DNA of 64,000 bases from Pseudomonadota bacterium (GTDB taxonomy: Bacteria > Pseudomonadota > Gammaproteobacteria > JAKAQQ01), in assembly GCA_027365475.1 (NCBI GenBank), contig DAHXNI010000080.1, forward strand, positions 69,490 through 133,489, written 5' to 3'. The notes under the pieces are model-generated. The model was not told the origin of the DNA and searched no databases. It was given only the letters and a program-made list of their open reading frames with translations. Each line of letters starts with the position of its first letter. Within the stretch, counting starts at the first letter, position 1. This document shows positions 12,190 through 20,851 of this stretch, piece after piece. The translations under genes were made by a program, and so were the position numbers.

Positions 12190-13726
12190 ACACAGGGGGC
12201 TGACGTGCCGGGACAAGGGTCAGGCTGGATGTTGAGGGTTGAGGGGAAGAGGTCTGCCTCCGGTGTATCGTGGGTTACGCCCCATGGGGCGCCTATCCAC
12301 ACGCAGAGCGCCCGAGGGCGACTCTCTGCAGCAGTCAGAGGAGGCAGACCATGAGTAAGACTATCACTTCCTTCGTAGGGTTGGACGCGCACGCCGATTC
12401 GATCGCGATCGGGGTCGCGCCGAGCGGGCGGCAGGAGCCGCACTTTGTCGGGACCGTGTCCCCGCAGTGGGGATCGCTGTCGAAGGCGCTGAGTCGGTTG
12501 GGCCAGCCCGAAGCGCTCGAGATCGTCTACGAGGCAGGTCCCTGCGGGTACACCCTGGCGCGCCAGCTCGAGGCGCACGGTTACGCTTGTCGGGTGATCG
12601 CCCCGTCGAAGGTCGCGCGCCGGCCAGGGGATCGGATCAAGACCGACCGGCGTGACGCGCTGCTGCTGGCGCGGGCCGCGCGCGCCGGGGAGCTCGTGAG
12701 CGTCACGATCCCCGATGAGCGGGATGAGGTGATTCGCGACCTCTGCCGTGCCCGGGAGGATGCCGTGCGAGCCCGGCTGAAGGCGCGCCAACAGCTCAAG
12801 GCGATGCTGCTGCGCCATGGGCGTCGCTACGGCGGCCGCTCGTCCTGGACCGAAGCGCATGAGCGCTACCTGGCCGCGGTGAGCTTTACCCAGCCCGCGC
12901 AGGACATCGCCTTCGCTGAGTATCGCAGCGCCGTGCGCGAGGCTCACGAGCGGGTCGAACGCCTCACCGAGTCGATGCGTGCGCAGCTCGAACACTGGCG
13001 CATGCGCCCGGTAGTCGAGGCGCTCATGACGCTGCGGGGCATCGACATGGTAGCGGCCATGACGGTGGTCGCCGAGATCGGGGATTTCACCCGCTTGGCG
13101 CGCCCGCGCGAGCTGATGGGGTTTCTCGGGCTGGTGCCCTCGGAATACTCCAGTGGTCCCAAGCGTACGCAGGGGGAGATCACCAAGACCGGCAACAGCC
13201 ACGTGCGGCGCGTGCGGGTGGAGGCGGCCTGGAATTATCGCTTCCCGGCGCGCCAGATCGCTTGGAAGGCACAGTTGCGCCTCGCCCAGCGCTACCGGCA
13301 TCTCTCGGCCCGCAAGCTCGCCCTCAACAAGATCTGCGTCGCCATCGCGCGTGAGCTCTCGGGCTTCATCTGGGACATCGCCCGCCAGGTCAAGCCATCG
13401 AGCACCTGAGAGGTTGTCTCATCGCCATCGAATCGGAGGTAACACACAACCCAGCATCACCCACACAACCCACACCGACAACGCACGGGTCACGCGACGC
13501 CGGAGCACCGATGAGGGGAATCCTCGGCTGGGCTATGTGGGCATCCGCGTGATGATCCCCGATAGTAGAGCGAGGCAACCCCGCGACGGACGAATGAAAT
13601 GCCGGTAACCAATCCGCGGATATGAGCCTGATCATCGTCGCCAACTTCTGCTCTCGCGTCGCGTGACCCTTGCGCTGTTGATTCCGAAAGGTTCGCAAAT
13701 TGAGGCACGAAATCCGTGAGACAGAC
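12190..13726 (+). mobile_element. IS110-family insertion sequence (approx. boundaries)
   Basis: DEDD transposase flanked by 160-nt 5' and ~317-nt 3' non-coding ends; splits the O-MT reading frame; related motif gggggct(t)gac..ggggtcaggc at both junctions. Confidence 0.65.
12348..13409 (+). CDS. IS110-family (DEDD) transposase
   Basis: MSKTITSFVGLDAHADSIAIGV... N-terminal RuvC-like DEDD domain and C-terminal ...GPKRTQGEITKTGNSHVRRVRVEAA typical of IS110/IS1111 transposases; GGAGG RBS upstream of ATG 12348. Confidence 0.85.
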   Translation, partial: TMSKTITSFVGLDAHADSIAIGVAPSGRQEPHFVGTVSPQWGSLSKALSRLGQPEALEIVYEAGPCGYTLARQLEAHGYACRVIAPSKVARRPGDRIKTDRRDALLLARAARAGELVSVTIPDERDEVIRDLCRAREDAVRARLKARQQLKAMLLRHGRRYGGRSSWTEAHERYLAAVSFTQPAQDIAFAEYRSAVREAHERVERLTESMRAQLEHWRMRPVVEALMTLRGIDMVAAMTVVAEIGDFTRLARPRELMGFLGLVPSEYSSGPKRTQGEITKTGNSHVRRVRVEAAWNYRFPARQIAWKAQLRLAQRYRHLSARKLALNKICVAIARELSGFIWDIARQVKPSST

Positions 13727-14034
13727 CTATGGGGGCTTGACAGGGGTCAGGCCATATGAGCCCAGATAGTCCGGGCTCTCGCGTACCAGATAGCGCCGGC
13801 TCAGCGGAGTCAAGCCATAGGCGTCGGCTTGTTTTTCTACCAGCCCGAGCCCCGCCAGAGCATTGAGCAGCATGGCAGCTCCCCGTAGCGAACAGCCGGT
13901 ATGTTCGGCCACGGCTTTGGCCTTCTGACTGCCTCCGGCCAGTGCGGAAAAAACCTCAACTGCAGCGCCGCGCTCGACACGCGCTCCCCGGCAAAAGAAA
14001 AACTGAGATTGAGCAGCGCATCGGTAGTATCCAT
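13727..14034 (-). pseudogene. N-terminal (dimerisation-domain) fragment of the same O-methyltransferase, with an internal frameshift at an A6/T6 run (13948-13953)
   Basis: Frame A MDTTDALLNLSFSFAGERVSSAALQ then frame B AAVEVFSALAGGSQKAKAVAEHTGCSLRGAAMLLNALAGLGLVEKQADAYGLTPLSRRYLVRESPDY = O-MT dimerisation domain pattern; one extra T would restore a single frame. Confidence 0.6.
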
Positions 14035-14224
14035 TTTTCCGCCTCTGTCAAATTCAGGGTGGGCACCCATCATGGATAGAATACCGCCGGTGAACTTAAT
14101 GAGGAGTGGCAGTGATACCGGGTCGGTTACGCCTCTTGGCGGACAGGCCATAGCCGACGAAAATCGGAGGGGTCAGCTCGCCTGCAGGAATACGAATGCC
14201 CGATGGATCCCGCAACAAACCTGC

Positions 14225-17200
14225 TCAACCCTTGTGCCGCTTCTCGATTTCCTTGCGCAAGCGTTCGATCTCACGCCGTCTGGCTTCGGGCGTACCCCAT
14301 TTCGGTGGGTCACTCTCACGCCGCTGTTCCGCCGCCCCCTGCGCCGCGCGTTCCTCAGCTTGCCGTTTTTCCCGCTCACGAACCTCGGCCTCCCGACGCG
14401 CAATGGCGCGCTCGGCAGCAATTGGAATCGTGCGCACCGGGAGGCTGGCCATCGCCAAATATTGGTCGATGGAGCCCCAGACCAGATCCCAAGCAGACTC
14501 CCCGATAAATGGAAGATTGAGCGCCTGGAACACCGGTACCCAGACATCCGTATCGGCCTGTTTGCGGCGTACCGAAAGTCTGGGATTGAACTGATACCAG
14601 CCCTGCGCGACGCGCACAAACAAGGCACGGTTGTAGGCATAGTCACGGTCGACTTCGTTGCGCGATAGCACCGAGGAAAGATACGGCCGCTTGTTGCGTT
14701 CCGGCCGGACCACATTAGCGGGCAGAGTCTCCCACGCCTCGAGAATCGTCCGCGTCTCGAAAGCGCCATGGGGCCGCCGCTGCCGATGCGTGAAGCGTGA
14801 TTTGAAAAGTGTCCACATCGTCTGGAAGACGAAATATTCCGAGAGCTGGCGGTCTATGCGCACCATCCGCTCCCCTGTGTTAACGTCGACCACGCTCGGG
14901 GCGAGCAAATCAAACAGCGCGGCGAATGGGCCGCGGGCAAATGCCGCATCGCGGAAGGCCTCGCGCATCGCCCAGTGCAGTGCGTTGAAGCCGTAGTGAT
15001 CGACCACCTCGCGATCGGCGCCACGCTCCAACAGCGCCTCGGCGAGTGGCACATTGCCGGCGGCAGCCGCGGCCATCAGCGGCGTCTGGTTCATCGGCAG
15101 GCGGTGGTCGATTCCGTACTGATCGCACTGATGCAAAATATCCTTGAAGTGCTTGGCGAAATACTGACTGTAGCTCTTGCGCCCCAAGGTGGCGCGTTGC
15201 TGCGGAAATGAGCTCGCCATGTCAAACTTTACCTCCTGTGCCAACCAGGCGGCTAACGCCGGCTCGTCGTGGCAAGTGGCATACTCGTAGAGTTGCAGCC
15301 GGTGTTTGCTGCCCGGTGCCTGTTCGCGAAACACCTTGAGCAGCAGCGCCGTGACTTTTAACTCGTCGAACACCGGCCACGGGACGGGCGTCTGCCTGAG
15401 AATGTTGCGGCGAATCGCCTCGACCTGCTCCTTTTTGCCTTGCAGTTCGAGCTTGCGCGCTTCACGCTGCCAGTCTTCGGCCGTCGATTGTTTTGCCTCG
15501 ACCGTCATCGGCCCACCCAGCGCCAGATCGAGCAGCCCAAACAGGGGATGCGAGGTATCCGATTCGATGATGTAGAGGTTCCTGGTGGCTCGCGTCAGCG
15601 CCACGTAGAACGCGTTGACAAAGAACTTATAGACCTCGAGCGACTTGTCGCTCTTGTCTTTTGCCCGTCGGTAATCAAGCGTGTCAGTCACCAGATCCCG
15701 CTTCGAGACCCCCTCTCCGATTGCGGCAAATTCAGCGCGGTGATCGGAGACGAGGCGATAGAGCACGATATTCTCGTACTCGAGCCCCTTGGCCTCGTGG
15801 ATGGAAAAAAGCAAGGGCGTCGAAAAGTACCTGCGCGCCTCAACCTTGTCCTCGTCACGCATCACCAGCACTGCGAACTGAGTGGATTGACGGATCCTGA
15901 GGTCCAGTTCTTTCTTGACGTCATCCTTGTCGGACATGAGTCCCACCTGCCCGGCTGCGCCGCCGACCGCTTTCACGAGAAAGTTGCTTTCGCGGTCGAT
16001 CGAGCCGAAGCGCCGCTGCTTGATCTTGAGGAGCTGGTTAGCGACGCGGGTCGCTTCCTGCCCGTTGCGGAAGTTAGCAGTGAGCACCTGCAGTTCCTGA
16101 CGTTCCGCCAGTTGCGGGTCGTTCCAGAAAAGAGCCTTCACCTTCGCCCAGGAGAAGAAGTTGGGATGGACAATCTGGTTAGAATCGCCACACAACAGGA
16201 AATGGCCGGGCTTCCTGAGCGTCTTCAGAACGAGCGCCAGCTGGACGGCTGTAACATCCTGCACCTCGTCGATGACGACAAAATCATAGCGGGGCGCCGC
16301 CCGACCTTGCCATTCCTGGGAAACCAGATTGAGGTCAAAAAGACCCGCTTCGCCGAGCCAGAAACGATATTTCTCGAACAGTTCGTAGAGCGCGTCCCGG
16401 CGACTTTCGGGGAAAATGGATTGGCGTACACCGAGCGCCCGATAGTCATCCCGCGATAGCACACCGTCGGCCCCGGCGGTGATCACGCCGCGGATTTCCT
16501 CAAATGCCTGGTGGCCCTCGATGCCCCTGAAAGCCTGCCGCATCCGCGCAAACCAACCGGAAAAATCACGCCAAGTGGCCTCTCGCCCTGCCGGTACCCG
16601 AAGGGATTCGACAAACTCACGGTAGGAAAGGAATACGGCCTCCTGCCCCGGATGTTCGAAACCGTTGGCGTAATAGAGATCGCGAGCGTTCTGGGCAAGG
16701 TATGCGGAAAGGGTGACGTAAAGCACTTCCCCTTCTATGTGCTTCAGCTTCTCCAGGGTCAACGCCGTTTTCCCGCTACCGGCGCTGCCTGCCACGATCA
16801 TTGGAGGTGGCTGGCGATAGATGGCCTCCTGCGCGTCATCGAAGGAAATCGGCTTGTCGAGCAGGTGAATGACGGTGCGTTCCGGATGCAGATAACGTAA
16901 TGGTTGCGCTCCCTGGAGAGCCTCGGCAACATCGCCGTCCGTAATCTTTGATTCGTCGATCACGGCCCCGCGCAAAAAGCGCGACTTATCATAGTTGTGA
17001 TTGACGATGACCTCCAGCATCAGGGCACAGACCTCATCGCCATGACGCACGAGAGAGAACAGCAACCGGTCGGACTCGTTGAGCCTGGCGCGGTAGAACT
17101 TGCCATGGCTCAGATTGGCAAGCTTTTTGACTTGCGCAACGCCAAAGTCGCCGCGAGCGATGGCGTCGATCACCTTGCGATAGGCGTCCGTGACACGGGA

Positions 17201-17233
17201 CGTATCAAGGTCGATGTACTCAAGGATCTTCAT
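14225..17233 (-). CDS. Large multidomain protein (1002 aa): N-terminal RelE/ParE-like domain, UvrD/PcrA-like SF1 helicase core, ankyrin repeats, basic/acidic C-terminal tail
   Basis: aa 45-95 GKFYRARLNESDRLLFSLVRHGDEVCALMLEVIVNHNY (RelE/ParE pattern); Walker A IVAGSAGSGKT; Walker B FVVIDEVQD; GDSNQ; FSIHEAKGLEYENIVL; FYVALTRATRNLYI; ANK: TPLMAAAAAGNVPLAEALLERGADREVVDHYGFNALHWA; ATG 17233. Confidence 0.85.
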   Translation of the reverse strand: MKILEYIDLDTSRVTDAYRKVIDAIARGDFGVAQVKKLANLSHGKFYRARLNESDRLLFSLVRHGDEVCALMLEVIVNHNYDKSRFLRGAVIDESKITDGDVAEALQGAQPLRYLHPERTVIHLLDKPISFDDAQEAIYRQPPPMIVAGSAGSGKTALTLEKLKHIEGEVLYVTLSAYLAQNARDLYYANGFEHPGQEAVFLSYREFVESLRVPAGREATWRDFSGWFARMRQAFRGIEGHQAFEEIRGVITAGADGVLSRDDYRALGVRQSIFPESRRDALYELFEKYRFWLGEAGLFDLNLVSQEWQGRAAPRYDFVVIDEVQDVTAVQLALVLKTLRKPGHFLLCGDSNQIVHPNFFSWAKVKALFWNDPQLAERQELQVLTANFRNGQEATRVANQLLKIKQRRFGSIDRESNFLVKAVGGAAGQVGLMSDKDDVKKELDLRIRQSTQFAVLVMRDEDKVEARRYFSTPLLFSIHEAKGLEYENIVLYRLVSDHRAEFAAIGEGVSKRDLVTDTLDYRRAKDKSDKSLEVYKFFVNAFYVALTRATRNLYIIESDTSHPLFGLLDLALGGPMTVEAKQSTAEDWQREARKLELQGKKEQVEAIRRNILRQTPVPWPVFDELKVTALLLKVFREQAPGSKHRLQLYEYATCHDEPALAAWLAQEVKFDMASSFPQQRATLGRKSYSQYFAKHFKDILHQCDQYGIDHRLPMNQTPLMAAAAAGNVPLAEALLERGADREVVDHYGFNALHWAMREAFRDAAFARGPFAALFDLLAPSVVDVNTGERMVRIDRQLSEYFVFQTMWTLFKSRFTHRQRRPHGAFETRTILEAWETLPANVVRPERNKRPYLSSVLSRNEVDRDYAYNRALFVRVAQGWYQFNPRLSVRRKQADTDVWVPVFQALNLPFIGESAWDLVWGSIDQYLAMASLPVRTIPIAAERAIARREAEVREREKRQAEERAAQGAAEQRRESDPPKWGTPEARRREIERLRKEIEKRHKG

Positions 17234-17543
17234 TGTAACGTCCGCCCTTCGGAACTTTATGGGCCGGTAGGTGCCCTCACCCCCGCCGCAGTGCCGACCC
17301 CATGCCAGATATCGCAAAACATCCGGATCCGAATTATCATCCCGGCGGCAGATACAGCGTCAAAGAAAGGTGGGGCAGCACAAGAGGTGAATCCGAAGTG
17401 CTCGTAGAATGATGAGGCCGCCACCTCTTCCTTCGCGTGCAGACAACGGCCCAGCCAAGCCGAGAAGAAGCTTACCAAGTCCTGCGCCCCGGCGTTCCCG
17501 ATGAATGGCAAAACTCCCCATTCGGAAGCATGGAACCGAAGGA

Positions 17544-17930
17544 TTACCGGTCCGAAACAATCGAACTGATCCTAGGCCCCGTACGCACGATCTGGTTTTG
17601 TTCGTCCACATACACCCGCTGCGGATGAAAATCCCGGGCCTCGGATTCGGAGGTGACCGCATAGGCGGCGATGATGACGATGTCGCCTACATGGGCTTTG
17701 TGAGCGGCGGCGCCGTTGAGCGAGATGGTGCCATTTCCTGGACTCGCCAAAATGGCATAGGTCACCAAGCGCTCGCCATTCGTGACGTTATAGATATGCA
17801 CCTGCTCGAACTCCCGGATGTTTGCAGCTTCGAGGAGGAGACGATCAATGGCGCAGGACCCCTCGTAGTCCAGGTGTACTTCACTCACCCGGGCACGGTG
17901 GATTTTGGACTTGAGGACGGTAATCTGCAT
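17544..17930 (-). CDS. panD: aspartate 1-decarboxylase
   Basis: [30 protein letters not shown]... PanD proenzyme, self-cleavage Gly-Ser present. Confidence 0.92.
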   Translation of the reverse strand: MQITVLKSKIHRARVSEVHLDYEGSCAIDRLLLEAANIREFEQVHIYNVTNGERLVTYAILASPGNGTISLNGAAAHKAHVGDIVIIAAYAVTSESEARDFHPQRVYVDEQNQIVRTGPRISSIVSDR

Positions 17931-17977
17931 AAATCAACCGAGGATTGAGTGTCGTATTGTACCCGCGATGACCCCCG

Positions 17978-18844
17978 TCACGCCGCCTTCCACCCGATGT
18001 TGTCTATCAACCGAGTTGCTCCAAGACGGGCAGCGCCCAGAATCCGGTACGCTGCCGGAATTGCAACGGGATCCGGTTCCGCGAGCGTCTCCTCAGCCCG
18101 GATCGCAACATAATCCGGCACGAACCCGGATCTTTCAAGGCGTGCCCACGCTTCCCGCTCGAGCACCGAGAAATCGCGCCGGCCTGTTTCGAGTGCATCC
18201 GCAACCGTCTCCAGTGTCCGATACAGGATGGGGGCCCGCTTTCGCTCTTCGGCCGAAAGATACTGGTTGCGTGAACTCAAGGCCAACCCATCGGCATCCC
18301 GGACCGTCGGGACCCGTTCGATCGCGACCGGGAGACGCAAGTCGGATACGAGGCGACGAATCAGGACACACTGCTGATAATCTTTCTCACCGAAGACCAT
18401 CACCACGGGCTGGATCGCGAAAAGAAGCCGGAGCACTACAGAGGCCACACCGGCAAAATGCCCGGGACGGGAGGCTCCGCAAAGGATTTCCGAAAGACCG
18501 GGTACCTCGATGCGAATGGCTCGATCGATCCCGAGCGGGTAGAGGTCAGCCACTTCGGGGACATACACAAGATCGACTCCGAGGGGTTTGAGCCCCACGA
18601 GGTCCGCGTCGAGCGTCCGGGGATAGTGCAGATAGTCCTCGTTCGGGCCAAATTGGGTGGGGTTGACGAAGATGCTCACGACGACCCTGTGCGCGAGCGC
18701 GCGAGCGCGCGCGACCAGACGGTGATGGCCGGCGTGAAGGTTTCCCATCGTGGGGACGAACGCGACCGGCTCCTCCAGCCGGCGCCAGTCCGACAGGATC
18801 TCGTCGAGATGACCCCGCTCCCGGACCAGAATCGGTTGTCTCAT
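17978..18844 (-). CDS. panC: pantoate--beta-alanine ligase
   Basis: VPTMGNLHAGH HIGH motif; 288 aa from MRQPILV; 4-nt overlap with panB. Confidence 0.9.
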   Translation of the reverse strand: MRQPILVRERGHLDEILSDWRRLEEPVAFVPTMGNLHAGHHRLVARARALAHRVVVSIFVNPTQFGPNEDYLHYPRTLDADLVGLKPLGVDLVYVPEVADLYPLGIDRAIRIEVPGLSEILCGASRPGHFAGVASVVLRLLFAIQPVVMVFGEKDYQQCVLIRRLVSDLRLPVAIERVPTVRDADGLALSSRNQYLSAEERKRAPILYRTLETVADALETGRRDFSVLEREAWARLERSGFVPDYVAIRAEETLAEPDPVAIPAAYRILGAARLGATRLIDNIGWKAA

Positions 18845-19677
18845 TCGAACCCGTGCTCGGGCTGCGGATAGTTTCCGGATCGGACTGCTTCGGCATAGGC
18901 CACCACAGCTTCTGCGATCGAACGTCCCCCTGAGAGAAACGTCTCGGCGAAGCGGGGGCGCACCCCCCCACCGAGCCCGAGAATGTCGTAGAGGACCAGG
19001 ATCTGTCCATCCACGGTGGGGCCCGCCCCGATTCCGATCACCGGGACACGGGCCGCCTCGGTGATCCGGGTGGCGAGCGGCGTCGGCACACATTCGAGCA
19101 GCAGGAGGTCGGCTCCCGCCGCTTCGAGCTGCTTCGCATCCTCGACCATGCGGTTTGCTTCCGCCTCGGAGCGGCCGGCCACCCGGAACCCTCCGATTTT
19201 GTGCTGCGACTGGGGCCTCAACCCCAAGTGGGCGCAAACCGGGATCCCCTGACCCGCCAGGGCTTCGACGATCATGGCCTGAGTGGCGTTGCCTTCGAGC
19301 TTGACCATATGCGCCCCGCCTTCCCGGAGCAGTCGTCCGGCATTGAGCAGGGCGGTTTGGGGATCGCAATAACTCAAAAAAGGGAGATCGGCCACGAGCA
19401 AGGCCCGTTTGAGACCCCGGGCCACGAGTTGCGTGTGATAAACCATGTGGTCGATCGTCACAGGAATCGTGCTCGCATGGCCCTGGATGACCATGCCGAG
19501 AGAATCACCCACGAGGACAAGATCGACTCCAGAAGCATCCAGTACGGCGGCAAAGCTCGCGTCGTAGGCCGTGAGGCAGACGATTTTCTGCCGGTTTTTT
19601 TTGAGCCGTCGCAGGGTCACCAACGTGACGGGCGCGGCGTCCGCGGAAGAGGCAGGCTGCGCGTAGATATCAGTCAT
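18841..19677 (-). CDS. panB: 3-methyl-2-oxobutanoate hydroxymethyltransferase
   Basis: KIVCLTAYDASFA...VLVGDSLGMV...KLEGG PanB signatures. Confidence 0.9.
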   Translation of the reverse strand: MTDIYAQPASSADAAPVTLVTLRRLKKNRQKIVCLTAYDASFAAVLDASGVDLVLVGDSLGMVIQGHASTIPVTIDHMVYHTQLVARGLKRALLVADLPFLSYCDPQTALLNAGRLLREGGAHMVKLEGNATQAMIVEALAGQGIPVCAHLGLRPQSQHKIGGFRVAGRSEAEANRMVEDAKQLEAAGADLLLLECVPTPLATRITEAARVPVIGIGAGPTVDGQILVLYDILGLGGGVRPRFAETFLSGGRSIAEAVVAYAEAVRSGNYPQPEHGFE

Positions 19678-20366
19678 GCCGAACTCACCGGTGAGGGGGG
19701 TGCTGCGCGGGGGTTGAAGAAGTGCCGACCCGCCCGCGTACGGGCGATCTCGGCCAGAAGATTCGCGTAATCCTCTTCACGCTCAATGGGATTGATCTCG
19801 CTCGCGTTCACGATCAGGATCGGCGAGTCGTCATAGTGATGGAAAAACTGGGTATAGGCAGACACCACCTGCTCGAGATAGTCGCGGCGCATGAACTGTT
19901 CATAGGCAATCCCGCGTCGGGCGATGCGGCGCGCGAGGACATCCGTCGACGCCTGAAGGCCAATGACGAGATCCGGAACGGGAAGATCGACCGCAAGCCG
20001 CTCGTATACCTGGTCATAGAGAGCGAGTTCGTCTCGTTCGAGCGTAATCTGGGCAAAAATCCGGTCTTTCGCGAACAGGTAATCTCCGATCCTGAGCGGC
20101 TGGAACAGTTCGCCCTGTTTGAGTTCTGCGAGTGCCCGCGCCCGCTGGAAAAGAAAATAAAGCTGGGTCGGCAAGGCCGTATGGCGCGGATCGCGGTAGA
20201 AACGTTCGAGAAAGGGGTTATCGTCTGCCTGCTCAAGCAGGGGCTGGCCATTGAAACTCTCAGCCAGTTTGAGGGCGAGGGTGGTTTTGCCCACGCCGAT
20301 CGGCCCATCTATCACGATATAGCGGGCATTAGCGAGTTTGGGAGTCTGTGAATGGGATGCATTCAA
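19674..20366 (-). CDS. deoxynucleoside kinase (dAK/dGK/dCK family)
   Basis: YIVIDGPIGVGKTTL P-loop, ERF/DR..YLQ-like dNK motifs; no in-frame ATG after folK stop, TTG start proposed at 20366. Confidence 0.7.
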   Translation of the reverse strand: MNASHSQTPKLANARYIVIDGPIGVGKTTLALKLAESFNGQPLLEQADDNPFLERFYRDPRHTALPTQLYFLFQRARALAELKQGELFQPLRIGDYLFAKDRIFAQITLERDELALYDQVYERLAVDLPVPDLVIGLQASTDVLARRIARRGIAYEQFMRRDYLEQVVSAYTQFFHHYDDSPILIVNASEINPIEREEDYANLLAEIARTRAGRHFFNPRAAPPSPVSSA

Positions 20367-20838
20367 GTGGGTGGTTTCCGCATCGTGTGACCAGATCCGA
20401 GACCAGCCCGATCCCCGGCACATTGAGATCGGGGGCCAGTTCCAAGAGAGGATAAAGCACAAATGCGCGCTCTGCCAGACCCGGGTGAGGTAGGGTGAGT
20501 CGTTCGCTCTCAAACCGCCGGTCTGCATAGACCAAAAGATCGAAATCGATGGTTCGGGGCCCCCAATGGACACCCCGGGTGCGCCCCAGGGCCGCCTCGA
20601 TCCCTTGACAGGTCGCCAGCAACTCGAACGGGTCCAGCGCGGCCTGGATCTCAATCACGGCGTTCCAGTAATCCGGCTGCGCGGAACCATCCATCGGCGG
20701 CGTGCGATAGAGCGAGGAGCGACGCCTCAAGAGGATCCCGGGTACATCTGCCACGATCTCGACCGCTCGCCTGATCTGTTCCGGCGGGTCCTTGAGATTG
20801 CTGCCGAGGCCGAGATAGATGCCCGATACGGGGAGCAT
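20329..20838 (-). CDS. folK: 2-amino-4-hydroxy-6-hydroxymethyldihydropteridine pyrophosphokinase (HPPK)
   Basis: IYLGLGSNL...TIDFDLL...YPL HPPK motifs; pcnB-folK order as in E. coli. Confidence 0.88.
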   Translation of the reverse strand: MLPVSGIYLGLGSNLKDPPEQIRRAVEIVADVPGILLRRRSSLYRTPPMDGSAQPDYWNAVIEIQAALDPFELLATCQGIEAALGRTRGVHWGPRTIDFDLLVYADRRFESERLTLPHPGLAERAFVLYPLLELAPDLNVPGIGLVSDLVTRCGNHPLECIPFTDSQTR

Positions 20839-20851
20839 GGATCCGGCTGGG

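Noticed and set aside
11466-13301. 611-aa ORF on the minus strand
   Set aside because: Chimeric. Only the last 239 aa (11466-12185) are methyltransferase. The upstream 370 aa are the open antisense frame of the IS110 transposase gene, an artefact of high GC content.
15440-16459. 339-aa plus-strand ORF
   Set aside because: Entirely antisense to the helicase gene. No motifs, typical high-GC shadow ORF.
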